Below, in pieces: positions 54,482 to 63,842 of a DNA stretch of 64,000 nt; position 1 is the first letter of the stretch, and every line of letters starts with the position of its first letter. Source of the DNA: an uncultured Actinomycetes bacterium (GTDB lineage Bacteria; Actinomycetota; Actinomycetes; Streptosporangiales; Streptosporangiaceae); NCBI GenBank assembly GCA_963790065.1, contig CAWBNK010000028.1, forward strand, positions 36,312 through 100,311. The letters run 5' to 3'. Under the pieces are notes generated by a model, which saw nothing but the letters and a program-made list of their open reading frames with translations, searched no databases and was not told the origin of the DNA. A program made the translations under genes and the position numbers.

Positions 54482-54997
54482 GTGACTGAGCTCGTCCCAG
54501 GAAGACGGGTTAGGTTGGTGGCTATGACGGCGCACGCGACGGGAGACAGGCGAGACCGCCCTGATGAGCGTCCGCCGGCCGCCGCAGCAGCAGCGCCGGA
54601 GCAGATCATGAACCCGCTGCAGCGCCTGATCCAGCAGCGGCTGAGCGAGCGGGCCTGGTCCTACGGTGAGGTCGCCCGGCGGGGCGGACTGCCCCGGTCG
54701 ACCGTCTACACCCTGGCCACGACCCGGAACCTGGCCCGGCCGCCCCGTCCGGCCACCATCGACGCGCTGGCCAAGGGCCTCGACGTACCGGTCTCGGCGG
54801 TCCGCGCCGCCGCCGCCGAGTCCACCGGCCTGCACTACTACGACGACGGTCCGTCCGAGCGGAAAGGCCCGGCCGATCAGGAGCGGGAACTCCTGATCGC
54901 CAGCATCGACGAGCTGACACCCGAGGACCGGAAGCACGTGGCCGCGCTGGTCGAATCGCTGCGCAACCGGTCCACGCCGGGCCCAGCCGATCGCTAG
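54482..54997 (+). CDS. XRE-family HTH regulator
   Basis: HTH: LIQQRLSERAWSYGEVARRGGLPRSTVYTLATTRNLARPPRPATIDALAKGLDV. The start is either GTG 54482 or ATG 54608 (GGAG 8 nt upstream). Confidence 0.75.
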   Translation: MTELVPGRRVRLVAMTAHATGDRRDRPDERPPAAAAAAPEQIMNPLQRLIQQRLSERAWSYGEVARRGGLPRSTVYTLATTRNLARPPRPATIDALAKGLDVPVSAVRAAAAESTGLHYYDDGPSERKGPADQERELLIASIDELTPEDRKHVAALVESLRNRSTPGPADR

Positions 54998-55131
54998 CAC
55001 GCCCGCCGACGCGGCGGCCGTGGCCGGCCTTCCGTGGTGAAACCCGGGTTTCACCGCCGTGGAGCGGGCTGATAGCCGGGTTTCACCACCTTGGTCGGGT
55101 GCGACATCGCGAGTCATTACCGCAGGTACCT

Positions 55132-56508
55132 CTATTCCATCGGCCAGCTGGGGGGCACCCCCAGCTGTTCGGCCAGTTCTCCGTAGGAGCCCTCCGGCAG
55201 GACCAGGCGGGCGGCGCGCAGGACATTCCTGGGGTCCTCACCTGGTGGCCGCAGCACGTAGACCGTGTCGTCGCGCTTGTTGCAGGTCACGACCAGCCGG
55301 TCGTGGTCGGCCAGCACGATCGGCCAGCTGGCGGGCAGCCCCAGCTGCTCGGCCAGCGCCCGGTAGGGACCTTCGGGCAGCACCAGGCGGGCGACCCGCA
55401 AGATGGCCCGGGGTTCGGCGTCAGGCGGCCGTAGCACGTACACCGTGTCGTCTGACTGGCTGTAGGTGACGACGAGCCGGTCGTAATCGGCCAGGACCAC
55501 GTTGGCCTGCTCCGCGGCGGGCGGCGCGGAGGCCGGTTCCCGGCCGGGATCAGCCGTGCTGAGCCGGGTGGCCGCCGCGGCCTCGACTGCTTCGGCTGCT
55601 TCGGCGGCTTTGGCGGCCTGAGCTGCGCGCGTTGCCTGGGCTGCTTCCGCCGCCTGGGCTGCGTCGGTCGCCTGGGCTGCGTCGGTCGCCTGAGCCGTGT
55701 CGGCCGCTTGAGCCGTGTCGGGCGCCTGGGCTGTGTCGGGCGCCTGGGCTGTGTCGGCGGCCTGGGCGGCGTGCCGATGGCGGCGCCTGACCATGAGCAC
55801 CGGCTCGACCAGGAAGGCCAGGCCGATGATCAAGCCGGCCACCAGCAAGACCGTCTTCAGCCACTGCGGCATGCCAGTGGCGGCCGGAGCCGGTATGGGC
55901 GCCGGCGACGGACGGTGCTGGCTACCGGGCGGCGGCGAAGCCCGTGACGGCTGGGGCGGGCTAGGAGTTGACACCGGCGGCGATGCCACCGGCCGAGAGA
56001 TCACGAGCACGATGCCGGGACGGATCGTGTTCGGATCGGGACCGATGACCCGCCGGTTAGCCGCGTACAGCGCGGGCCAGCCGCCGCGCACGGCGAACCG
56101 CGCGGCGATGCCCGACAACGTATCCCCGGCCACCACCGTGTAGCGGGCCGGCATCTTCACGCCGGGCAGTACCAGGATGGTGCCAGGGCGGATCGTGTCC
56201 GGATCGGGGCCGATAACCGGCCGGTTGGCGGCATACAGCGCCGGCCAGCCGCCGCGCACGGAAAACCGCGCGGCGATGCTGGACAGCGTGTCGCCGTCTT
56301 GCACGACGTATCTCGTGCTGGGACTGGGCGCCGCGGCTGCTGCCGGGACGACGCTCAGCGCGCTGGTCAAGATGACCTCGCTAGTACTACCCGCCATGCG
56401 GGTGCTCGCTTGGGCGGGGCGGACGGATCCTCTCAGACCGACCGCCGCCAGGATGATCAGAACGCTCCAGGCGAGCACCACGCATGCGGACTTGGTCCAC
56501 ATACGCAC
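55132..56508 (-). CDS. Bitopic membrane protein: 2 x LysM (outside), hexapeptide repeats and 2 x unknown ~58-aa domain (inside)
   Basis: GTG at 56508 after GGAAGGAAAG. TM1, then LysM YVVQDGDTLSSIAARFSVRGGWPALYAANRPVIGPDPDTIRPGTILVLP and a second copy, a Pro-rich linker and TM2. AQAxDT repeats follow, then two copies of VLADxDRLVVTxxxxDDTVYVLRPPxxxPRxxLRxARLVLPEGxYxxLAEQLGxPxSWP. Confidence 0.8.
   Translation of the reverse strand: MRMWTKSACVVLAWSVLIILAAVGLRGSVRPAQASTRMAGSTSEVILTSALSVVPAAAAAPSPSTRYVVQDGDTLSSIAARFSVRGGWPALYAANRPVIGPDPDTIRPGTILVLPGVKMPARYTVVAGDTLSGIAARFAVRGGWPALYAANRRVIGPDPNTIRPGIVLVISRPVASPPVSTPSPPQPSRASPPPGSQHRPSPAPIPAPAATGMPQWLKTVLLVAGLIIGLAFLVEPVLMVRRRHRHAAQAADTAQAPDTAQAPDTAQAADTAQATDAAQATDAAQAAEAAQATRAAQAAKAAEAAEAVEAAAATRLSTADPGREPASAPPAAEQANVVLADYDRLVVTYSQSDDTVYVLRPPDAEPRAILRVARLVLPEGPYRALAEQLGLPASWPIVLADHDRLVVTCNKRDDTVYVLRPPGEDPRNVLRAARLVLPEGSYGELAEQLGVPPSWPME
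55651..55758. repeat. 6 x 18-bp tandem repeat (degenerate flanks to ~55585 and ~55776) inside the LysM-protein gene
   Basis: CGCCTGGGCTG(C/T)GTCGG(T/G)-type units, encoding AQA(P/A/T)D(T/A) hexapeptides. Confidence 0.85.
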
Positions 56509-56598
56509 AGTGCTGTCACTTTCCTTCCGAGGGGGATCAGCGCCGGGACGCTGCTGGCCCGGACGCCGAAGGCACGAACCAGGGGGGAAGGAAAGGAC

Positions 56599-58537
56599 TT
56601 ACGCGGGCGGTACCTCAGGGAGGTAGGCACGCCAGATAGGACGAGCGGCGGCGCGACGCGCCAGCCGCAGCAAGAGCAGACTCATCAGCGCGAACAGGGC
56701 GACCGCGAGGCCACCCTGCACTCCGCCGCCGTTGTTGCCGCCGCTGCTGCCCGAACCGCCGACGCCGTTCGCGCCGCCAGCGCCACCACCAGCGGCGGCG
56801 GGCAGTTGGGGAAGCCCGGGGGCAGGCGAGGCCGGCGCTTCGCCGCTGCCCGATCCCGGCGACCAGGCCGGCAGCGAGGAACCGCCAGAGCCAGGCGCGG
56901 CCGAAGCGGTGCTGGAACCGGCCGGAGCGGTGGAAGCGGCCGAGGTGCCGCCGGAGGTGGCGGGTACGCTTCCGGCTGAGAGCACCGCACTCAGACCCGT
57001 CAGGCTGGGACCGGACGGGTCCTGCGGACCGGCGGTCCCGAGGAGCGCGGACAGCACCGGGGCCAGCGCGCCCGTGACCGGGGCCAGCACATCGGTGACC
57101 GGGGCCAGTGCGCCCGTGACGGGGGCCAGCGCGCCGGTGACGGGGGCCAGTGCACCGGTGACCGGAGCCAGGGCATCCGTGACGGGAGCCAGCACATCGG
57201 TGACCGGAGCCAGCGCGCCCGTGATGGGGGCCAGCGCGCCGGCGACCGGGGCCACCACGGTGGACACGACCGGAGCCACGGCGGCGGTGACTGGGGCCAG
57301 CGCGCCGGCGACCGGGGCCACCACGGTGGACACGACCAGAGCCACGGCGGCGGTGACAGGGGCCAGCACGCCGGCGACAGGGGCTACTACGGTCGACACG
57401 ACCGGGGCCACCACGGTGGAGACGACCGGAGCCACGGCGGCGGTGACTGGGGCCAGCGCGCCGGCGACCGGGGCCACCACGGTGGACACGACCGGAGCCA
57501 CGGCGGCGGTGACTGGGGCTACCGCGCCGGTGACCGGGCTCAGTGCGCTGGCGACCGGAGCGGCGGCGGCGGAGACCACCGGGGTCAGCGTGCTGGTGAC
57601 GGTGGAGACCGGACCCAGACTGCTGGCGGTGGCGGCGACGTTCGAGATGGGCGAGAGCGTGACGGCCGAGGTGACCGGGGCCAGCGTCTCAGCAGGCGCG
57701 GCGAGCGCGCTGGTGGCGGTGGCAGCGGGCGCTGTGGCAGTGGTCGTGACCGGCGCCATGGCTGCGGCGGCCGTCGAGGTGACCGAGGTGACCGCCGACG
57801 TGACCGGGGCGACCGCCGAGGTGACCGGGGCGACCGCCGAGGTGACCGGGGTGACCGTCGACGTGACCGGGGCGACCGCCGAGGTGACCGGGGCGACCGA
57901 TGCTCGAGGTGACCGGGGCGACCGAGGTGACCGCTGACGTGACCGGTGCCGCTGCCGAGGTGACCGTCGACGTGACCGGTGCTGCGGCCGAGGTCACCGG
58001 GCTGGAAGCGGTGGTGACCGTAGCGGAACCGGTCGGCGACGAGGACGTCGTGGCCGAGGTGACCGGCGCCGTGGCGGGGGCGACGGCCGACGTGACGGTC
58101 GCGGTCGCCGACGTGGCTGGCGTGGTCGCTGATGTGGTCGGCGTGGGCGTCGATGCGGCGGTGGAAGTCGCGGCGCTGGTGGCGGAGGTGCTGGTGACTG
58201 ACGCCGAGGTAGCCGGGGCGACGGCCGACGTGACCGGCGCGGTTGCGGTCGCGACGGTCGAGGTGACAGTCGACGTGACCGAGCCGGAGCCGGTGGTCAG
58301 GCCGGGAACGGCCGGGACGGCCGCGGCGGTCGCGCTGCTCGTGCCGGAGCCGGGGACGGACGGCGCGGAGGTGGCCTTCGAAGTGGCAGACGCAATGGCC
58401 GAAGTGAGCTTTGACGTGGGCAAGGTGGCTGCTTGCGCCTGCCGCGAGGACAGTAGGAGGAGGACCAGAATCCCGGCAGCAGCGATCACGACTTGCACCA
58501 CCCGGAGGGCGATGCGTCGCACGATCGGCTGCGGCAT
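56599..58537 (-). pseudogene. Large Ala/Pro/Val/Thr/Ser-repeat surface protein gene (signal peptide ... C-terminal TM anchor), split by a frameshift near 57897-57910
   Basis: N-ORF (ATG 58537): MPQPIVRRIALRVVQVVIAAAGILVLLLLSSRQAQAA, then APVTS-type repeats. C-ORF frame: (S)VAPVTSAVAPVTS...APVVSTVVAPVAGALAPVTAAV... Gly-rich ...GGLAVALFALMSLLLLRLARRAAA. At the junction, GACCGATGCTCGAGGTGACC replaces the unit GACCGCCGAGGTGACC, a net +4 nt. Confidence 0.55.
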
Positions 58538-58757
58538 AGCGGCTCCCGAATTGGCCGGGACAGGCCAGACCCGGCCTCTACTGCCCCACCATCATGGACC
58601 CAAACCACTACCGAGCGGACTTTTTCCGGTCGATCTAGCCGCAGTTATCACCTGTCGGGAATTGCCGGAAAATCACCTGTTAACCCGACCGATTTACTGG
58701 TTAATAATTCCTCGATAATGACGATTATTTAGGATAGGTCCGGGGCACTGTTGAATC

Positions 58758-59810
58758 ATGGACAGGCGTCCCTTCGCGGGGCCGGCTCTCGTGACGGCAG
58801 CGGCCGATGCTGATCCGGTGACTCTCCTGGTGCTCGGCTGGCTCGCGACGAAGCGGTCAGCGAACACCCGTGCCGCTTACGCTCGTGATCTCGGCATCGC
58901 GCCGACCCGCCGGGCCAGCCGCGCGCCGGAGTGGCTGGCGTGGTGCCGGGAACAGGGGGTGCATCCGGTCACCGGCGTGACCGGATGGCACGTGACGCGG
59001 TACACCATGAAGTTGGAAGCCACGGGATTGTCCTCGGCGAGTGCGGCCCGCAAGCTGGCCGCCATCTCGAGCTGGTACGACTGGTTGACCCTACGTGGGC
59101 ATATCAGTGCGAGCCCCGCCACCGGCCTGGCCCGGCCCAGGCCCGACCCGGGTGCCCGGCCTGGGCCAGCCCTGACCCGGGAGCAGGCCCTCGCCCTGGT
59201 CTACGCGGCCGACACCGCGCCCGGTTCGCAGCGGGCCCGCACCGCAGCCGTGATCGCGGTCCTGGTCTTCACCGGCGTCCGGGTCGGCGAGGTGATCGGC
59301 GCGGACGTCGCCGACCTCGGCACCGACCGAGGGCACCGGGTGCTGTGGGTCACGCGCTCTGACGGCCAGCGCGAGGGCCTCATGCTCCCCGGCGCGGCCG
59401 CTTCACGGATCGACGCCTACCTCGCTGAGCGAGCCGACCTGGCCGACGGGTCGGTGTTGTTCGCCTCACGGACCGGGGGTCGGCTGTTCGCTGCCGACGT
59501 GGGACGATCCGTACGCCGCCTGGCCGAGCGAGCCAGGCTGCCCGCCGACCTGATCCGCCGGCTGGGACCGCGGCTGATCCGGCGCTCGTTCGCGGCCCTG
59601 TACCTCGAGGCCGGCGGATCGCTCCGCGGCCTGCAGGGCGCCATGGGGCACGTCGACCCGCGCACCACCCGGCGATACGACCGGGCCGGGCCCAGGCCCG
59701 TCATTCACCCGGCCCGGCCGCAGCGCGAGCACTCGCCGGGTGCGGCGCAGCGGCCGGGAAGCAGGCCGCACTGCCGGGCTCGCGGGCCACACCGGCCGGC
59801 TGCGCCCTAG
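58758..59810 (+). CDS. Tyrosine recombinase / phage-integrase-family protein with atypical box II
   Basis: SAM-like N-domain: NTRAAYARDLG...KLAAISSWYDWL. Box I: VLVFTGVRVGEV. Box II reads PRLIRRSFAALYLEAGGSLRGLQGAMGHVDPRTTRRYDR, i.e. the Arg and Tyr are kept but both canonical His are Arg. An AT-rich upstream region precedes it. Confidence 0.75.
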   Translation: MDRRPFAGPALVTAAADADPVTLLVLGWLATKRSANTRAAYARDLGIAPTRRASRAPEWLAWCREQGVHPVTGVTGWHVTRYTMKLEATGLSSASAARKLAAISSWYDWLTLRGHISASPATGLARPRPDPGARPGPALTREQALALVYAADTAPGSQRARTAAVIAVLVFTGVRVGEVIGADVADLGTDRGHRVLWVTRSDGQREGLMLPGAAASRIDAYLAERADLADGSVLFASRTGGRLFAADVGRSVRRLAERARLPADLIRRLGPRLIRRSFAALYLEAGGSLRGLQGAMGHVDPRTTRRYDRAGPRPVIHPARPQREHSPGAAQRPGSRPHCRARGPHRPAAP

Positions 59811-59905
59811 CGGCGCCACGCCGGTGTCTCCTCGGCTGCGCCCTAGCGGCGCCACGCCGATGTCTCCTCGGCTGCGCCGTAGCGGCGCCACGCCGGTGTC
59901 TCTGG
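59798..59905. repeat. 3 x 36-bp tandem repeat at and after the integrase stop
   Basis: GGCTGCGCC(C/G)TAGCGGCGCCACGCCG(G/A)TGTCTC(C/T)(T/-)C x3. The first copy contains the integrase TAG stop. Confidence 0.9.
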
Positions 59906-59955
59906 CCACCAGGCCTGATCCGCGGCGTGACAGCACTGGCGTCTAGCGTGGAGCG

Positions 59956-60795
59956 GTGCGCTTTGCCGTCAAGACCTCGCCGCAGGACACCACGTGGGAC
60001 GCCATCCTGGCGGTGTGGCGGGAAGCCGATGACATCGGTGTGTTCGAGTCCGGGTGGGTCTCTGACCACTTCTACCCGATGCACGGGCTGGCGCCCGGCG
60101 CCGGGCGGCTCGAGGGGTGGATCACCCTGGCCGCGCTGGCCCAGGCGACCCGGCGGCTGCGGCTGGGCACCCTGGTCACCGGCATCCATTACCGGCACCC
60201 GGCGGTGCTGGCCAACATGGCCGCCACGCTGGATGTCATTTCCGGCGGCCGGGTGGAGCTCGGCATCGGGACCGGGTGGAACGAGGAGGAATCGGGTGCC
60301 TACGGCATCGAGCTGGGCACGCCCCGCCAGCGCAGTGACCGGTTCGAGGAAGCCTGCCAGGTCCTGACCGGACTGCTATCCCCGCAGGAAACCACCACTT
60401 TCACCGGCCGCTATTACCAGCTGGTCGAGGCCCGGTGCGATCCCAAGCCGGTCCAGCGGCCGCACCCGCCGGTCTGCATCGGCGGCAGCGGCCGCCAGCG
60501 CACCTTGCGCACCGCCGCCCGGTTCGCTCAGCACTGGAACTTCGACGGTGGCTCCCTGCAGGAGTTCAGCCAGGCCAGGGACGTACTGCATGAGCACTGC
60601 GCGGCCATCGGCCGCGACCCGGCCAGCATCCTGCTCTCCAGCCGGGTCCGCTACACCGGGGACCCCGCGCAGACCGCCGCAATCGCCGCAGATTTCGCCG
60701 CGGCAGGTGCCAGGCTGGCCATCATCTCCCTGCCGCCGCCGCACTCTCCCGCCGTCCTGGGGCCGCTGGCCAGCATGCTATCCCAGGTGCCGTGA
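59956..60795 (+). CDS. Luciferase-like (LLM class) F420-dependent oxidoreductase
   Basis: 279 aa: GWVSDHF...LGTLVTGIHYRHPAVLANMAATLDVISGGRVELGIGTGWNEEE...PHPPVCIGGSG. Confidence 0.85.
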   Translation: MRFAVKTSPQDTTWDAILAVWREADDIGVFESGWVSDHFYPMHGLAPGAGRLEGWITLAALAQATRRLRLGTLVTGIHYRHPAVLANMAATLDVISGGRVELGIGTGWNEEESGAYGIELGTPRQRSDRFEEACQVLTGLLSPQETTTFTGRYYQLVEARCDPKPVQRPHPPVCIGGSGRQRTLRTAARFAQHWNFDGGSLQEFSQARDVLHEHCAAIGRDPASILLSSRVRYTGDPAQTAAIAADFAAAGARLAIISLPPPHSPAVLGPLASMLSQVP

Positions 60796-60828
60796 ACCCG
60801 GCCGGTCAGTCGCCGGCCGGCGGCCGGG

Positions 60829-61836
60829 TCAGGAGGTCCAGCCGGCGGCGACCTCGATCAGGCTGAGCTCATTGGCGTGGATGCGCTCGGGGTCGACGCC
60901 GTAGTGCGGCGGGTACAGCAGCGCCCAGTCCACCGCGCCCTCGTACCGGCGCAGCTGGGCGGCGACGTCTTCCGGGGTGCCGAACACGGCCCGTTCCTCG
61001 ACCATCGCCTGGCCCGCGGCGGTCAGGCCGGCCAGGTCGCCGCGGGTCAGGGCCGCGCGGGCCGCGGCGCGCTCGGCGGTGAACTGGCCGCCGGGGAACA
61101 GCGCGTCGTAGCCCTTCGGCGTGGCGTAGAACCCCACCTGGGTCGCGGCGTCCCGGCGGGCGGCGTCCGGGTCGGGGGCGGCCGCGGCGACGATCTGCGT
61201 GGTCATCAGCAGCTGCGCCGGGTCGCGGCCCGCCTTGGCCGCGCCCTTGGCCAGCAGCGGCCGGGCGACCTCGCGCAGGTAGGCGGCCGAGGCGATGGTG
61301 TGCCCGACGAACCCGTCGGCGCACTGGCCGACGGCGTCGACCATGTACTCCCCCACGCCCGCGGCCAGGATCGGCATGCGGTCCGGCAGCGCGGTGCGGT
61401 CGTAGTGGGCCATCGAGACGCGGTCGAACCTGCCCTCGTAGCCGAACGGGCCGGTGCGATGCGCGATCAGCCGCCTGATCAGCTCGATCCGCTCGCGGAC
61501 CTGCGGGGCCGGATGCTGCAGCGCGGTGCCGTACCAGTCCTGGTTCATCCGGCGCGTGCTGCTGCCCACGCCGAGCACGAACCGGCCGCCCGCGATGGCC
61601 TGGATGTCGGCGGCCGCCGCGGCCAGGGCCAGCGGCGCGCGGGCGAACAGCGGGGTGACGCTGGTGCCGACGATCGCGTGCTCGGTGATCGCGGCGAACG
61701 CCGAGGCGCGGGTCAGGCTGCTCCGGTTGTAGTAGTCGATCGACCAGACCGAGTGCACCCCGGCCCGTTCGGCAGCCCGGACGATCTTCAGGGCCTCGGC
61801 CGGGTTCTCGTCCATGACGACCAGCCCGATCTGCAT
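60829..61836 (-). CDS. Luciferase-like (LLM class) flavin/F420-dependent oxidoreductase
   Basis: 335 aa: GVHSVWSIDYY...IAGGRFVLGVGSS...PILAAGVGEYM. Confidence 0.82.
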   Translation of the reverse strand: MQIGLVVMDENPAEALKIVRAAERAGVHSVWSIDYYNRSSLTRASAFAAITEHAIVGTSVTPLFARAPLALAAAAADIQAIAGGRFVLGVGSSTRRMNQDWYGTALQHPAPQVRERIELIRRLIAHRTGPFGYEGRFDRVSMAHYDRTALPDRMPILAAGVGEYMVDAVGQCADGFVGHTIASAAYLREVARPLLAKGAAKAGRDPAQLLMTTQIVAAAAPDPDAARRDAATQVGFYATPKGYDALFPGGQFTAERAAARAALTRGDLAGLTAAGQAMVEERAVFGTPEDVAAQLRRYEGAVDWALLYPPHYGVDPERIHANELSLIEVAAGWTS

Positions 61837-61866
61837 GAGCCCTCCCTTCGCCGTGGTCGGCGGCCG

Positions 61867-63024
61867 TCACTTTTCGCGCAGGCCGAGGTCGCGGCCGACG
61901 ATCTCTTTCATGATCTCGGTGGTGCCGCCGTAGATGCGGGTAATGCGGGCGTCGGCCCAGGCTTGCGCGATCGGGAACTCGGCCATGTAGCCGTAGCCGC
62001 CGTGCAGCTGCACGCCGAGGTCCACGGCGCGGCCCTGCAGCTCGGTGCACCACCACTTGGCCTTGGCCGCGTCGGCGGGTGACAGCTCGCCCTCGTTGAG
62101 GGCCAGCACGCACTGGTCCACGAAGGCCTGGGCGATGTCGACCTCGGTGGCCAGCTCGGCCAGCCGGAACCGGGTGTTCTGGAACGAGCCGAGCGGCCGG
62201 CCGAACGCCGTCCGCTGCTGCACGTACTTCAGGGTCCAGTCCAGCGCGGCCCGGGCGGCCGCGACGCCGTAGCCTGCTATCGAAAGGCGTTCCTGGGGCA
62301 GGTTGCTGGTCAGCTGGCCGAATCCCTCCCCCTCCGCGCCCAGCAGGTTGGCCGCGGGGACCCGGGCGTCGTCGAAGAACAGCTCGGCGGTGTCCTGCGC
62401 GTGCTGGCCCAGCTTGGCCAGGTTGCGGCCGCGCTCGAAGCCCGCGGTGCCGCGCTCGATGACCAGCAGGCTCATGCCGCGGTGCTTCTGGGCGGGGTCG
62501 GTCTTGACCGCCGTGATGACCAGGTCCGCGTTGATGCCGTTGGTGATGAACGTCTTGGCCCCGTTGACGACGTACTCATCACCGTCGCGCCGGGCCGTGG
62601 TGCTCATCGAGGCCAGGTCGGAGCCGATGCCGGGCTCGGTCATGGCGATGGCCGTGATCAGCTCGCCGGAGGCCACGCCGGGCAGCCAGCGCCGCTTCTG
62701 CTCCTCGTTGGTGAGGCGGAGGAGATAGGGGGTGCAGATGTCGGTGTGCAGCGTGAGGCCGAGCCCGGCGGCCGCGGCGCCGACCCGGGCCGATTCCTCG
62801 CTGAGTACCAGGTTGAACCGGAAGTCCGGAACTCCGCCGCCGCCGTATTCCTCGGGGATGGCCGTGGACAGCAGGCCCGCGGCGCCGGCCGTGGTGAACA
62901 GCTCGCGGGGCACGATGCCTGCCTCGGCCCACTGCCCGGTGTACGGGACGATCTCCTTCTCGACGAACTGCCGCACGGCGGCCCGGAAGTCGTCGTGCTC
63001 GGTCTGGAAGAGTGTGCGGCGCAT
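61867..63024 (-). CDS. Acyl-CoA dehydrogenase
   Basis: 385 aa: AIAMTEPGIGSDLASM, KTFITNG, GGYGYMAEFPIAQAWADARITRIYGGTTEIMKEIV. Confidence 0.92.
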   Translation of the reverse strand: MRRTLFQTEHDDFRAAVRQFVEKEIVPYTGQWAEAGIVPRELFTTAGAAGLLSTAIPEEYGGGGVPDFRFNLVLSEESARVGAAAAGLGLTLHTDICTPYLLRLTNEEQKRRWLPGVASGELITAIAMTEPGIGSDLASMSTTARRDGDEYVVNGAKTFITNGINADLVITAVKTDPAQKHRGMSLLVIERGTAGFERGRNLAKLGQHAQDTAELFFDDARVPAANLLGAEGEGFGQLTSNLPQERLSIAGYGVAAARAALDWTLKYVQQRTAFGRPLGSFQNTRFRLAELATEVDIAQAFVDQCVLALNEGELSPADAAKAKWWCTELQGRAVDLGVQLHGGYGYMAEFPIAQAWADARITRIYGGTTEIMKEIVGRDLGLREK

Positions 63025-63041
63025 GATGCCCTTCCCTGTGG

Positions 63042-63842
63042 TCAGTCTTGCGCGGAGGGGAAGGCGGGCGCGCGCTTCTCGCGCAGCGCGGCGACGCCTT
63101 CGGTGACGTCGGGGCCCATGAAGGTGAGCATCTCGTAGGCGGCGGACTGGTCGAAGGTGGGCCCGGCGGCGCGCAGCCAGTTGTTCAGCACCCGCTTGGT
63201 CAGCCGGATGGCCGGCTGGGAGCCGGTGGCCAGCTGGTCGGCGACCCGCAGCGCCTCGTCAAGGACCTGGTCCTTCGGCAGGGCCTTGGCCACCATCCCG
63301 ATCCGCTCGGCCTCGGCGCCGGTGATCATCTCGCCGGTGAGCAGGTAGTAGCGGGCCTTGGCCATGCCCGCCAGCAGCGGCCAGATGATGGCCGCGTGAT
63401 CGCCGGCCGCCACGCCGAGCTTGACGTGCCCGTCGCCGATCCTGGCGTCCTCGGCCACGATGGCCACGTCGGCCAGCAGCGCGGCGACCGTGCCCGCGCC
63501 CACGGCAACCCCGTTGATAGCCGACACGATCGGCTTGTCGCAGTTGATCATGTTGTAGACGAGCTGGCTCATCTCCTTGAGCATGTGCGAGACCCGGTCG
63601 TAGTCGCCGGCCATCCGCTTGACCATGGCCAGGTCGCCGCCCGCGGAGAAGGCCTTGCCCGCTCCGGTGATCACGGCCACCCTGGTCTCCGGGTCGGCGG
63701 CGACGTCGTTCCAGACCCGGGCCAGCTCGCCGTGCAGTTCCTCGTCGGCGGCGTTGTACTTCTCCGGCCGGTTGATCGTGATGAGCAGCACGCCGTGATC
63801 CAGGCGCGAGAACGTCAGCTGCTTGTAGTCGTCGAGGCTCAC
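63042..63842 (-). CDS. Enoyl-CoA hydratase/isomerase (crotonase) family protein
   Basis: 266 aa: LITINRPEKYNA, ITGAGKAFSAGGDL, PIVSAINGVAVGAG. Confidence 0.9.
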   Translation of the reverse strand: MSLDDYKQLTFSRLDHGVLLITINRPEKYNAADEELHGELARVWNDVAADPETRVAVITGAGKAFSAGGDLAMVKRMAGDYDRVSHMLKEMSQLVYNMINCDKPIVSAINGVAVGAGTVAALLADVAIVAEDARIGDGHVKLGVAAGDHAAIIWPLLAGMAKARYYLLTGEMITGAEAERIGMVAKALPKDQVLDEALRVADQLATGSQPAIRLTKRVLNNWLRAAGPTFDQSAAYEMLTFMGPDVTEGVAALREKRAPAFPSAQD

